Position numbers and translations under genes: made by a program. The notes beneath the pieces were generated by a model. It worked only from the letters and a program-made list of their open reading frames with translations. It was not told the origin of the DNA and ran no database searches. Of a stretch of 64,000 nt of DNA, positions 9,246-18,059 are shown in pieces. Every line of letters starts with the position of its first letter. Position 1 is the stretch's first letter. The stretch spans positions 1,248,001-1,312,000 of the forward strand of contig CBDCYI010000005.1 in NCBI GenBank assembly GCA_965224085.1, read 5' to 3'. This stretch comes from Candidatus Marinacidobacterales bacterium. GTDB taxonomy: Bacteria > Acidobacteriota > Vicinamibacteria > Marinacidobacterales > SMYC01.

Positions 9246-10607
9246 TCAGAAAATCAACTCCATAAGCTCGGAAAGATTGCGCAAGCCGACGATCTCAAGG
9301 TCGGCAGGCGCGTCGTCGATGGGGCAATTGCCCGATGGGATCACGGCGCGCCCGAATCCCATACGTGCAATCTCTTTCACACGAAGCGGCACTTGCTGCG
9401 CCGCGCGGACCTCGCCAGCGAGGCCGACCTCGCCGATGAACACGCTACCGGTGTCGACCGGTTGCCCACGAAAGCTCGAGGCAACTGAGGCGATGAGGCC
9501 GAGATCCGCGACCGGCTCGTTGACATTGAGCCCACCGGCAACACTCACATAAACGTCTTCGCCCGCGAGCGAGATTTTCTCTCGCTTTTCTAGCACCGCG
9601 AGCAGCAAGGACAGGCGGTTCTGGTCGAAGCCGACGGCTACGCGGCGCGGATAGCCGAACCCTGAAGTCGAAACGAGCGTCTGGATCTCGAGCAGCATTG
9701 GCCGCGTTCCCTCGAGCGAGCACACGACGACCGAGCCCGGTGCGCTCTCCGGTCGCTCGGAAAGGAACAAGCCCGACGGATTCTCGACGGGGATGAGACC
9801 GCCGGAAGTCATCTCGAAGATACCGAGCTCACCCGCGGCGCCATATCGGTTCTTCGTCGCGCGCACGATGCGGTGAGCGTGGTGCCGATCGCCTTCAAAA
9901 TAGAGCACCGTATCCACCATGTGCTCGAGCGCTTTCGGCCCCGCGAGGTTGCCTTCTTTATTGACGTGGCCGGCCAGAAAAACAGGCGTCCCGGTGGACT
10001 TCGCGAAATACAGAAGCTCCGCCGTCACTTCGCGGACCTGACTGATACTTCCGGGCGCCGATGAAAATTTTGGGGAGTAGATCGTTTGTACGGAGTCGAC
10101 AATGACGAGCGAGGGCGATTCACGCCGTAATGCATCGATGACGCGCTCGAGCTCTGTCTCGCTGTAAAGCAAGAGCGAGCTGCCTTCGACGCCGAGCCGG
10201 TCGCCGCGAAGCTTTAATTGCCGTTCGGATTCCTCACCACTCACATACAGGACCGAGAAGCTTTCCTTCGCGCGGGCGGCGGCGACTTGCAAAAGCAATG
10301 TAGATTTCCCGATACCGGGATCCCCTCCGAGCAGAACGAGGGAGCCGGAGACGATACCGCCGCCAAGAACGCGGTCGAACTCGAGAGAGCCACTACCGAC
10401 ACGTACCGCATCATCTGTCCGCACCTCCGCATAGAGTTGAGGACGTCCCGACGTCGCCAGACCGACACGGCTGCGCTCTGTGCCGAGACAAACAGATTTT
10501 TCTTCGACGAGGCTGTTCCAAGCGTCGCAATCCGGACAGCGACCAAGCCACTTACTGGCGGTCGCGCCACATTGCTGGCAGACAAAAGCCGTCTTCAGCT
10601 TACTCAT
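9246..10607 (-). CDS. radA: DNA repair protein RadA/Sms
   Basis: CQQC...CPDC Zn finger, [14 protein letters not shown]. Confidence 0.98.
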   Translation of the reverse strand: MSKLKTAFVCQQCGATASKWLGRCPDCDAWNSLVEEKSVCLGTERSRVGLATSGRPQLYAEVRTDDAVRVGSGSLEFDRVLGGGIVSGSLVLLGGDPGIGKSTLLLQVAAARAKESFSVLYVSGEESERQLKLRGDRLGVEGSSLLLYSETELERVIDALRRESPSLVIVDSVQTIYSPKFSSAPGSISQVREVTAELLYFAKSTGTPVFLAGHVNKEGNLAGPKALEHMVDTVLYFEGDRHHAHRIVRATKNRYGAAGELGIFEMTSGGLIPVENPSGLFLSERPESAPGSVVVCSLEGTRPMLLEIQTLVSTSGFGYPRRVAVGFDQNRLSLLLAVLEKREKISLAGEDVYVSVAGGLNVNEPVADLGLIASVASSFRGQPVDTGSVFIGEVGLAGEVRAAQQVPLRVKEIARMGFGRAVIPSGNCPIDDAPADLEIVGLRNLSELMELIF

Positions 10608-10660
10608 CGGAACAAGGAGGCCTCGGCGTACGAACGGATGACGTTAATGAAAGTATAACA

Positions 10661-10719
10661 TCAGCATTCAGGATTCAGCATTGAGGCACAATCCTGAATC
10701 CTGAATGCTGAATCCTGAG
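10661..10719. repeat. Heptamer-built palindromic intergenic repeat (ATTCAG[C/G] units)
   Basis: tcagcattcaggattcagcattg...caatcctgaatcctgaatgctgaatcctga. Confidence 0.7.
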
Positions 10720-12072
10720 CTAAATGACCTCATCATGCCGCCACTCCAGGTTCTCGAAGCGTGTGTACTCCTTGATGAAGGCCATTTTGATGTGTCCGGT
10801 GGGGCCGTTTCTTTGCTTGCCGATGACGAGCTCCGCGATCCCTCGATTGTCAGGGGTAGCGTTGTACTCCTCTTCGCGGAAAATGAAGACCACAAGGTCC
10901 GCATCCTGCTCGAGCGCGCCCGATTCACGGAGGTCCGACAGGTGGGGTCGGTGGTCGCCGCGGCTCTCCGTCGCGCGCGAGAGCTGTGAGAGCGCCACAA
11001 TCGGCACGTTGAGCTCTTTTGCGAGCCCCTTGAGGGAGCGACTGATGTTGCTGATTTCCTGGGTACGGTTCTCGAAGCGTCCACGACCCTGCATCAACTG
11101 CAGATAGTCCACGATGACGAGGTCGAGGCCGTGCTCGAGCTTGAGCCGCCTCGTCTTCGCGCGCATCTCCATGACCGAGATCGAAGCGGTGTCGTCGATG
11201 AAGACTTTCGCTTGCGACATGTCGGAGACGCTCTGAACGAGCTTGGCCCAATCCTTCTCCGACAAAAAGCCCGAGCGCAGCTTGTGCATGTCCACGCGAG
11301 CCTCGCCGCAGAGCATGCGCAAGACGAGTTGCTCTTTCGACATTTCGAGGCTGAAGACCCCAACCGTCTTGCCGGTCTTGAGCCCGACATACTGGGCGAT
11401 GTTCATGCAAAAGCTCGTCTTACCCATGGCCGGCCGTGCCGCGACGATGATGAGGTCGGAGGACTGAAGGCCCGAGGTCAACTCGTCGAACTCGACGAAG
11501 CCTGTCGGGATCCCAGTGATGAGCTCCTTTTTCTCCGAAAGCTCATCGATGGTCTTGAACGTGGTCTTGATGATCGAGCTCACGGGCTCGAAGCCGACAT
11601 GGAGGGCGCCCTCGGCGATCTCGAAGATAGATTTCTCGGCCTCGTCGAGAACCGACTGCGTCTCTTCCGGCTGATCGAAAGCGGCCTGAGAGATGCGATT
11701 CGCCGCGGAGATGAGATTCCGCAGGACGGCCTTGTCTTTGACGATCCGGGCGTAATAGGGGACATTGGTCGCGCGGGGAACGCCCTCGACGAGAGAGCTC
11801 AGATAAGCAACGCCTCCAGCGCGCTCGAGCTCGCCGGCTCGCGACATCTCTTCTTTGAGAGTGACGAGATCGATCGCATCGCCGCGCTCCGCGAGCACAG
11901 CCATCCTCGAGAAAATCTTGCGGTGGGCGTCCCGGTAGAAATCGGCTTCGGTGATGAGCTCCGAAGCGTTATGAAACGCCTCGTTCTCGATGAGGATGGC
12001 GCCGAGGACGGTCCGCTCTGCCTCGAGATTGTGGGGCAGCGGCCTTTCGAGAGCGGTGTCCAGCTGAGCCAA
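10720..12072 (-). CDS. dnaB: Replicative DNA helicase
   Basis: PHNLEAE, AARPAMGKT, DYLQLM, LSQLSR, DLRESGALEQDAD, KQRNGP. Confidence 0.99.
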   Translation of the reverse strand: MAQLDTALERPLPHNLEAERTVLGAILIENEAFHNASELITEADFYRDAHRKIFSRMAVLAERGDAIDLVTLKEEMSRAGELERAGGVAYLSSLVEGVPRATNVPYYARIVKDKAVLRNLISAANRISQAAFDQPEETQSVLDEAEKSIFEIAEGALHVGFEPVSSIIKTTFKTIDELSEKKELITGIPTGFVEFDELTSGLQSSDLIIVAARPAMGKTSFCMNIAQYVGLKTGKTVGVFSLEMSKEQLVLRMLCGEARVDMHKLRSGFLSEKDWAKLVQSVSDMSQAKVFIDDTASISVMEMRAKTRRLKLEHGLDLVIVDYLQLMQGRGRFENRTQEISNISRSLKGLAKELNVPIVALSQLSRATESRGDHRPHLSDLRESGALEQDADLVVFIFREEEYNATPDNRGIAELVIGKQRNGPTGHIKMAFIKEYTRFENLEWRHDEVI

Positions 12073-12074
12073 AT

Positions 12075-12560
12075 CTAGGTCTCTCTGTTCTCGTCCTTTA
12101 CTACTTCCGCGGTTTCGTCCTTCTCGACCGTGATCGGGAAGCTCGCCGACACTTCGGGATGGAACTTGATGGTAGCGGAAAACTCGCCGATCGATTTGAT
12201 GGGCTCGCTGAGCATGATTTTCCGCTTCTCGACCGTGAAACCTTTTTCTGCCAGCGCTTCGGCGACGTCTGTCGGCGACACGGATCCATAAAGCTCTTCC
12301 GTTTCGCCATGAATTTTGCGCCGGAAGTTGAGCGTCACTGCCGACAAACGGTTGGCGAGAGTCTCAGCCTCCCCTTTTTCTTTCGCAAGCTTTACCAAAT
12401 AGATCTTCTTCTCCTTCTCTATCAGACGAAGATTGTCGTCGTTAACCTCCATCGCGAGGCGCTTGGGCAGCAAAAAATTACGCGCATAGCCGCGGCTGAC
12501 GTTGACGACGTCGCCGCGCCCACCGAGATGATCGACTTCTTCACGCAGAATGAGTCGCAT
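12075..12560 (-). CDS. rplI: 50S ribosomal protein L9
   Basis: LGGRGDVVNVSRGYARNFLLP, LYGSV. Confidence 0.98.
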   Translation of the reverse strand: MRLILREEVDHLGGRGDVVNVSRGYARNFLLPKRLAMEVNDDNLRLIEKEKKIYLVKLAKEKGEAETLANRLSAVTLNFRRKIHGETEELYGSVSPTDVAEALAEKGFTVEKRKIMLSEPIKSIGEFSATIKFHPEVSASFPITVEKDETAEVVKDENRET

Positions 12561-12630
12561 GACGTTGTTTCGCTCCTTTACCTTTGCATAATGCCTAGTT
12601 CGCGCTTCTCCCGCAGCTTGCCTCGCCCGG

Positions 12631-12666
12631 GGCTTGCCTCGCCGAAGCCCGAAGGCGAAGGCGGGC
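12631..12666. repeat. REP-like GC hairpin element; related copy at about 20068-20097
   Basis: Reverse complement CCCGCCTTCGCCTTCGGGCTTCGGCGAGGC versus CCGCCTACGCCCTCGGGCTACGGCGAGGC at about 20068. Confidence 0.6.
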
Positions 12667-12668
12667 GT

Positions 12669-12926
12669 CTAGGCGTATGGAAGAAGCGCCATGTAGCGTG
12701 CGCGCTTAATCGCGACTTTCAGCATCCGTTGAGAACGGGCGCTGGCTCGTGAGATACGCCGCGGCAAAATCTTGGCCCGCTCGGGCGTGAAGTTTTGCAA
12801 GAGGCGAAAGTCCTTCCAATCGATATAGTCGACTTTGTCGAGGAGCGGATTTACCTTCGCCCGGCGGTAATAGAATCGTCTCTTACCGCCACGCCGCGGG
12901 CCGCTGCTCGATCTCCTCTGTTGCAT
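12669..12926 (-). CDS. rpsR: 30S ribosomal protein S18 (Cys-free type)
   Basis: DYIDWKD...KILPRRIS...[19 protein letters not shown]. Confidence 0.96.
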   Translation of the reverse strand: MQQRRSSSGPRRGGKRRFYYRRAKVNPLLDKVDYIDWKDFRLLQNFTPERAKILPRRISRASARSQRMLKVAIKRARYMALLPYA

Positions 12927-12950
12927 CAATCTCTCCTTGAAAAACGGGCC

Positions 12951-13394
12951 TTATTCGGCCGAATCCGTGGACTCCGCAGATGGCGCCGCCGCCGGCTCGG
13001 CAACGGGCGCCTTCTCGCCCTCCGAAGCCTTTTTCGCGGCCTTTCTCCGGCGACGGGCCTGAGCTTTCTCGTCCCCGCGTGCTTTGCGGCGCTCGAGCTT
13101 GGCCTGCTGTTCGTCCATGCGGACGGTTAGAAAACGCAGCACGCCGTCCGTCACCCGGAGGCGACGCTCCATCTCCGAAATAGCCGTGGGCTCGGCCTTC
13201 AAATAGCTCAGGATGTAACTTCCTTCCCAATTCCCCTTGATAGCATAGGCGAGACGCCTCTTGCCCCATGGCTCGGTCTTTTCGACCTCGACCCCTTGCT
13301 TCGACATCAACTCTTCGATTTTTATCAAAAGCGCCTTGGACCCATCCTCGTCCAGCTTGGGATCGAGGATGTACATCAATTCATAGCTACGCAA
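12951..13394 (-). CDS. rpsF: 30S ribosomal protein S6
   Basis: RSYELMYILDP, WGKRRLAYAI, VLRFLTVR; TTG start after GGAGG. Confidence 0.96.
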   Translation of the reverse strand: MRSYELMYILDPKLDEDGSKALLIKIEELMSKQGVEVEKTEPWGKRRLAYAIKGNWEGSYILSYLKAEPTAISEMERRLRVTDGVLRFLTVRMDEQQAKLERRKARGDEKAQARRRRKAAKKASEGEKAPVAEPAAAPSAESTDSAE

Positions 13395-13998
13395 GCCTTC
13401 CTCCTTGACCGCTCGGCGCATCCGGCTGCGCCTCGAGCGGCTGGTTGTAACGGGACATCGCTTTTATCATCCCCTCGTTCAAAACTGCTTTGGCGGCATC
13501 GACAACCCGCTCGAGTGCTCCGTTTAACACCGGCCGCTCCGACGCTTCGAAGGACGAGGTGACCCACTCCACGAGGTCGGCGGGAACCTCTTCAGTACCC
13601 ACGCCGATGCGCAGACGCGCGACGTCGTTGCCGCCGAGTGCTTTGATCACTGAAGCGAGCCCGTTGTGCCCGCCGTCGCTGCCGCGCTCCCGTAGCCGCA
13701 GCGTGCCAAGCGGAATCGCCACGTCATCCAAGATAATCATTACCTCTCGTCGCTCGTAAGAGCGCTCTTTCACCAAGTCCGCCACCGGCCCTCCGCTAAG
13801 GTTCATGAAAGATAGCGGTTTCATCAGCGTCAGCGTCCGGCCTTCGAGCTCAATCTCTGCCCTGACGGCATCTCTCGTCGCGGCCGTCCATCGACCGCCA
13901 CCTGCTTCGAGGATGCGATCCACCGCATCGAAACCGACATTATGTCGCGTACCCTCGTAGCGAGGCCCGGGGTTTCCGAGGCCCACAAGCAATCGCAA
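13387..13998 (-). CDS. pth: Peptidyl-tRNA hydrolase
   Basis: VGLGNPG...TRHNVGF, FMNLSG, GGHNGL, RLRIGV. Confidence 0.97.
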   Translation of the reverse strand: MRLLVGLGNPGPRYEGTRHNVGFDAVDRILEAGGGRWTAATRDAVRAEIELEGRTLTLMKPLSFMNLSGGPVADLVKERSYERREVMIILDDVAIPLGTLRLRERGSDGGHNGLASVIKALGGNDVARLRIGVGTEEVPADLVEWVTSSFEASERPVLNGALERVVDAAKAVLNEGMIKAMSRYNQPLEAQPDAPSGQGGRLA

Positions 13999-14004
13999 TG
14001 GACC

Positions 14005-14679
14005 TTACTCTTTCGAGGCCTCCCCGGACGCATCTTTTTTCGAGGCTTCGTCACCTTCGGCACCTTCGGCGCCCTCCGCCGCGGCTTCGCCTTCCTCCGG
14101 CTCTTCCACTTCCTCGACCTTCGGTGCGAGCACGTGCGCGATCACGACGTTGAGCTCCGAGATGAGCGTGACGTTGGGAGGCAGCTCGAGGCTCGAAGCC
14201 CTCAGATAGTCACCAATATCGAGACTCTCAACGTCCGCGACGATGGTCTCCGGAATGTCTTTCGGAAGGCACGAGACGTCCACATTGCGGGTAACGAAAT
14301 CCAACATGCCGCCACCAGTCTTGACACCGACCGCCGTTCCGGTGAGCTCGATAGCAACGGAAAGCGTCATCTCCTTGTCCATCGCCACGCGGATCAGATC
14401 GGCGTGCAGCAGCTCGTGATTTACCGGCTCGAGCTGATAGTCCTTGATCATGACGTTTTGTTTGCCCTTCGCTCCCTTGACGGAAAGCGCGAAAATCGTG
14501 TTGACGCCGCCGTGAGACCGGATGATGCCCACGACTTGGCTCGGGTCCACGCTCAAAGGGACAGGCTCTTTGTTGTCCCCATACAGTACCGCCGGGACTC
14601 TGCCCTCGGCGCGAAGTCGCCGGTTCGACCCTTTGCCAAAGCTCGACCGCGGTTGTGCTTTCATCACCGTCGATGCCAT
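14005..14679 (-). CDS. rplY: 50S ribosomal protein L25/CTC
   Basis: GKGSNRRLRAEGRVPAVLYG, HADLIRV, acidic tail. Confidence 0.96.
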   Translation of the reverse strand: MASTVMKAQPRSSFGKGSNRRLRAEGRVPAVLYGDNKEPVPLSVDPSQVVGIIRSHGGVNTIFALSVKGAKGKQNVMIKDYQLEPVNHELLHADLIRVAMDKEMTLSVAIELTGTAVGVKTGGGMLDFVTRNVDVSCLPKDIPETIVADVESLDIGDYLRASSLELPPNVTLISELNVVIAHVLAPKVEEVEEPEEGEAAAEGAEGAEGDEASKKDASGEASKE

Positions 14680-14812
14680 CGAAGGTTTTCCTTTCGCATT
14701 TCTAGGCCCCCAAGGGACAAACGGAGAGTATACCTCAGCTATCGACGGCGAGCCATCGCTTCCTGGCATACGTCGCATACAGCCGAGAATTGTGGAGCAC
14801 TGAAGATCGAGC

Positions 14813-15754
14813 TCAAACGAAAAGCGAGCTGACCGACGTCTCCTCGTGAACGCTCTTTATGGCCTTGCCCAAGAGCGAAGCAACCGAGAGCACGTGAATT
14901 TTGTCGCATTCTTGCGCGTCTTGGCGCAGCGGGATGGTATTCGAAACGATGACCTTCTCGATCGGCGAAGCATTGATGCGCTCGATGGCGGGTTCTGAGA
15001 GCACCGGATGGGTGCACACCGCGAGCACGCGTTTCGCTCCAGCCTCGTGCAACGCATCGACGGCTCTCACTAGAGTCGCCGCAGAGTCACACATGTCGTC
15101 CACGACAAGAGCCGTCTTGCCGGAGACATCACCGATGACATGGATGGTCTCGATCTCGTGATTGGTCGCGCGGCGTTTGTCCATGACCGCGAGAGCCACT
15201 TTGAGACGTTTCGCATAGGCCCTCGCCCTTTCGACACCGCCGGCGTCGGGGGACACGATCACAAGAGGCTCGATGTTCATGGACGAGACATGGTCGAGCA
15301 TCACGGGAGCCGCAAAAAGATTGTCCACGGGGATATCGAAAAAACCCTGGATCTGCCCGACATGCAGGTCCATCGCAACGAGCCGGTTGGTGCCCGCCGT
15401 CGAAAGGAGGTCAGCGACGAGCTTTGCCGAGATCGGGACACGCGGGCGGTCCTTGCGGTCTTGCCGAGCGTAACCATAATAAGGGAGGATGGCCGTGATC
15501 CGACCCGCAGACGCGCGTTTGAACGCGTCGATCATCACCAGCATTTCCACGAGGTGCTCGTTCACCGGCGGGGCTGTCGGCTGCACCACGAAAACGTCCG
15601 CTCCGCGGACGTTCTCGGTAATCTGGAAAGAAACCTCGCTGTCGGCGAAGCGCTTCAACTGCGCTTGCCCGAGCGGGACGCCCAGGCTCTCTGCAATGTC
15701 CTCGGTCAATGCCGGGTTGCAGCTACCGCCAAACAGTTTCAATGGTCTACCCAT
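14813..15754 (-). CDS. prs: Ribose-phosphate pyrophosphokinase
   Basis: PYYGYARQDRK, DLHVGQIQGFF, VSPDAGG, VDDMCD. Confidence 0.98.
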   Translation of the reverse strand: MGRPLKLFGGSCNPALTEDIAESLGVPLGQAQLKRFADSEVSFQITENVRGADVFVVQPTAPPVNEHLVEMLVMIDAFKRASAGRITAILPYYGYARQDRKDRPRVPISAKLVADLLSTAGTNRLVAMDLHVGQIQGFFDIPVDNLFAAPVMLDHVSSMNIEPLVIVSPDAGGVERARAYAKRLKVALAVMDKRRATNHEIETIHVIGDVSGKTALVVDDMCDSAATLVRAVDALHEAGAKRVLAVCTHPVLSEPAIERINASPIEKVIVSNTIPLRQDAQECDKIHVLSVASLLGKAIKSVHEETSVSSLFV

Positions 15755-15835
15755 CTCGTCTCTAAAAACCTTCAACGAAAAGCCTTCCTCGGGATCCGGA
15801 TTCGGCCGAGAACGCCTCTGTCGCGGCCGCAAAAA

Positions 15836-15910
15836 TGGCTGGGGCGGAAGGATTCGAACCTTCGAATACCGGATCCAAAGTCCGGCGCCTTACCGCTTGG
15901 CCACGCCCCA
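15836..15910 (-). tRNA. tRNA-Gln(TTG)
   Basis: TGGGGCGTGGCCAAGCGGTAAGGCGCCGGACTTTGGATCCGG...GTTCGAATCC...CCCCAGCCA. Confidence 0.96.
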
Positions 15911-15940
15911 TTCAGCATTCAGCATTCAGCATTCAGCATT
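15911..15940. repeat. Tandem heptamer (TTCAGCA)x4
   Basis: ttcagcattcagcattcagcattcagcatt, directly 5' of tRNA-Gln. Confidence 0.9.
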
Positions 15941-15946
15941 TCCGGC

Positions 15947-16288
15947 CTATAGCTCTCCGGTCGGGCTGGGCGGCGGCGGAGCCTCCGAAGGGACGGCACC
16001 TTCGGGCAACACGCGTGACTCGAGCTCGTTGCCATCCGATACTTCTTTGCGATAACGGGTAAGAATCTGATGTTCCATGCGTCGACGGGTGTCGCTGTTC
16101 AGAGGATGCGCGATGTCTCGAAACGTGCCGTCTTTCCGCTTCTTGCTCGGCATCGACACGAATAGACCCTTCGGGCCGTGGATGATCTTGATATCGCTGA
16201 TGACGAAACAGTCATCCAGAATGATCGAGACAAAGGCCTTCAACTTCTCGTCGTCGACCGGGAATACTCGCACCTCGGTGATATCCAT
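15947..16288 (-). CDS. spoVG: SpoVG-family nucleic-acid-binding protein
   Basis: ITEVRV...LKAFVSIILDDCFVISDIKII...GLFVSMPS...FRDIAHP. Confidence 0.95.
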   Translation of the reverse strand: MDITEVRVFPVDDEKLKAFVSIILDDCFVISDIKIIHGPKGLFVSMPSKKRKDGTFRDIAHPLNSDTRRRMEHQILTRYRKEVSDGNELESRVLPEGAVPSEAPPPPSPTGEL

Positions 16289-16341
16289 CGAAGCTCTCCT
16301 TCTCGACTTACCTGGGAGTACCGCTCCTCACTACGTTCGGG

Positions 16342-17247
16342 TCATGCACGAGAGACCTCGCTCGAAAGCCATCGTCTTCGGTAGTCCTCTCGTGGAAGCA
16401 TTCTCGTCGCAACAGCGTGGAGACCGTTTTGGCACAACGCATTGGCGGCCGCCTGGGCCGAGTCCACATCTTGGAAAACGCCAAAGACGGCAGAACCGCT
16501 ACCCGCCATCATGGACCCTCGCGCGCCACGGTCGAGAAGCCTTTGCTTGAACTCCTGGATAGGAGCTAGGCGTTCGCCTGTCGCTCCTTCAAGATGATTC
16601 ACCAGCTCGCCTAATCCATCCCGAACGGAGGGACTTCTCCAAGTGAAATTCTGGAGGAGTGTAAGCTCCGATTGAGGTCTTGTCAATCTCAAATTGGCAT
16701 AGGTCGCGGCCGTCGAGACCTCGAAGTCCGGAAGAATCAACACGATTGGCCAGTCGAGCTCGAGGTCGAGGGGGAAAACTTCGTCCCCGCGACCTACCGC
16801 TAGCGCCGTGCCGCCATGTAGAAAGAAAGGCACATCCATCCCGATCGAGCTCGCGAGCCGATGGAGCTGCGCCTCCGGAAGATCGAGCTTCCATAGCCAG
16901 TCGAGCGCTCGCAGCGTCACCGCGGCATCCGCGCTCCCGCCGCCTAGCCCCATGCCCGGGGGCACCCGCTTGTCGAGATGGATCGCCACACCGCTCCCCC
17001 GAGGCGCCTGCTCGGCCACGAGCGCAGCGGCCCGGTAGACCAGATTCTCAGAGCCCTTGGGGATGTCGGTTCGGTTCGTCGTGAGCTGAATCCGCCGTTG
17101 CCCCTCCGGTGTTGTCCGGAAAGTGAGCTCGTCACCAAAATCGACGGTTTGCAGAATCGTGCGTAGCTCGTGATAGCCATCCTCGCGCTTCGCCAGGATC
17201 TCAAGCCCGAGATTAATCTTGGCAAAGGCACGGGCGACGAGCGTCAT
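16342..17247 (-). CDS. ispE: 4-diphosphocytidyl-2-C-methyl-D-erythritol kinase
   Basis: AKINLGL...DGYHEL, GLGGGSADAA, DVPFFL, GSGSAVF. Confidence 0.97.
   Translation of the reverse strand: MTLVARAFAKINLGLEILAKREDGYHELRTILQTVDFGDELTFRTTPEGQRRIQLTTNRTDIPKGSENLVYRAAALVAEQAPRGSGVAIHLDKRVPPGMGLGGGSADAAVTLRALDWLWKLDLPEAQLHRLASSIGMDVPFFLHGGTALAVGRGDEVFPLDLELDWPIVLILPDFEVSTAATYANLRLTRPQSELTLLQNFTWRSPSVRDGLGELVNHLEGATGERLAPIQEFKQRLLDRGARGSMMAGSGSAVFGVFQDVDSAQAAANALCQNGLHAVATRMLPREDYRRRWLSSEVSRA
16658..16686 (-). promoter_or_regulatory. Sigma70-type promoter inside ispE, facing spoVG-tRNA-Gln-prs
   Basis: TTGACA-17 bp-TACACT on the minus strand. Confidence 0.65.
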
Positions 17248-17261
17248 AGGAGCTTAAGCCG

Positions 17262-18059
17262 CTATTTCGACTCGGAGCTCTTCGTCACCACGAAGACGGC
17301 TTCGCCCGCGACATCGGTGGGCCTCAAACGCGCGGCCCCATCGGGGATCTCGAGCTCGAAGGCTCCTGGGTCGAGCGGCACGTTGACGTCCACGTCTTCC
17401 GCGGTCAGCGTGACTCGGATGGATTCGGTATCCAACCGCAAGCGGTCTGGGATTTGCCGCTGCCCTCTCTTCCACGACGTCGGATAGGACACCCGATAGG
17501 TGCGTGCTTGGACGCTCGAGACTTGCCCATCCTCGGCGAGCTCGATCCGCTCGCCCTCCGCGAGCACACCAATCGTCGACGGGCCTTGCCGGTAACCCGC
17601 CTTCACTTGGACATCGGGCGGTGTGCCCACGCCGGACAGAAGCGCCATCACCTCTTCAGCGTCGAGCGGAATCCCGAGAAGCCGGCCGACGATATCAGCC
17701 GTGTCCGGCTCCTCGAGATATTCCTTGCTGCCGGGAAAGAGCACCTTGATCCCGTTCTCGGAAGCGACCGCGCTCCAGCGCGTCGAGCCGAAAGGCCCCA
17801 ATAGCTCGATGCGAAGATCATCGGGTCGGTCGAAGATCATGACGAGCCGGCCGTCGAAAGAACCATCTGGCCCCTTCCCGCGAATCCTCACAAAGCCTTG
17901 ATAGCGCCTTATCGCTTTCGATTCACGATCGAGTCGTCTCAACACGGTCTCGATCTCGGATGCGTCGACCGGAACGCGCGGCGCTTCCGGGGCGCGAGGC
18001 TTGCACCCTCCGAGAACAATAAGGCTGGCGACAACGAGAACGAGCCGCCGCGCGATCAC
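17262..18059 (-). CDS. Lipoprotein, LolB/DUF4292-like
   Basis: Lipobox LGGC; lies between TPR gene and ispE as lolB does; RIELLGPFG motif. Confidence 0.6.
   Translation of the reverse strand: MIARRLVLVVASLIVLGGCKPRAPEAPRVPVDASEIETVLRRLDRESKAIRRYQGFVRIRGKGPDGSFDGRLVMIFDRPDDLRIELLGPFGSTRWSAVASENGIKVLFPGSKEYLEEPDTADIVGRLLGIPLDAEEVMALLSGVGTPPDVQVKAGYRQGPSTIGVLAEGERIELAEDGQVSSVQARTYRVSYPTSWKRGQRQIPDRLRLDTESIRVTLTAEDVDVNVPLDPGAFELEIPDGAARLRPTDVAGEAVFVVTKSSESK

Noticed and set aside
15911-15940. CRISPR array (here or at 21337)
   Set aside because: Short tandem repeats with no spacers; no cas genes in the window
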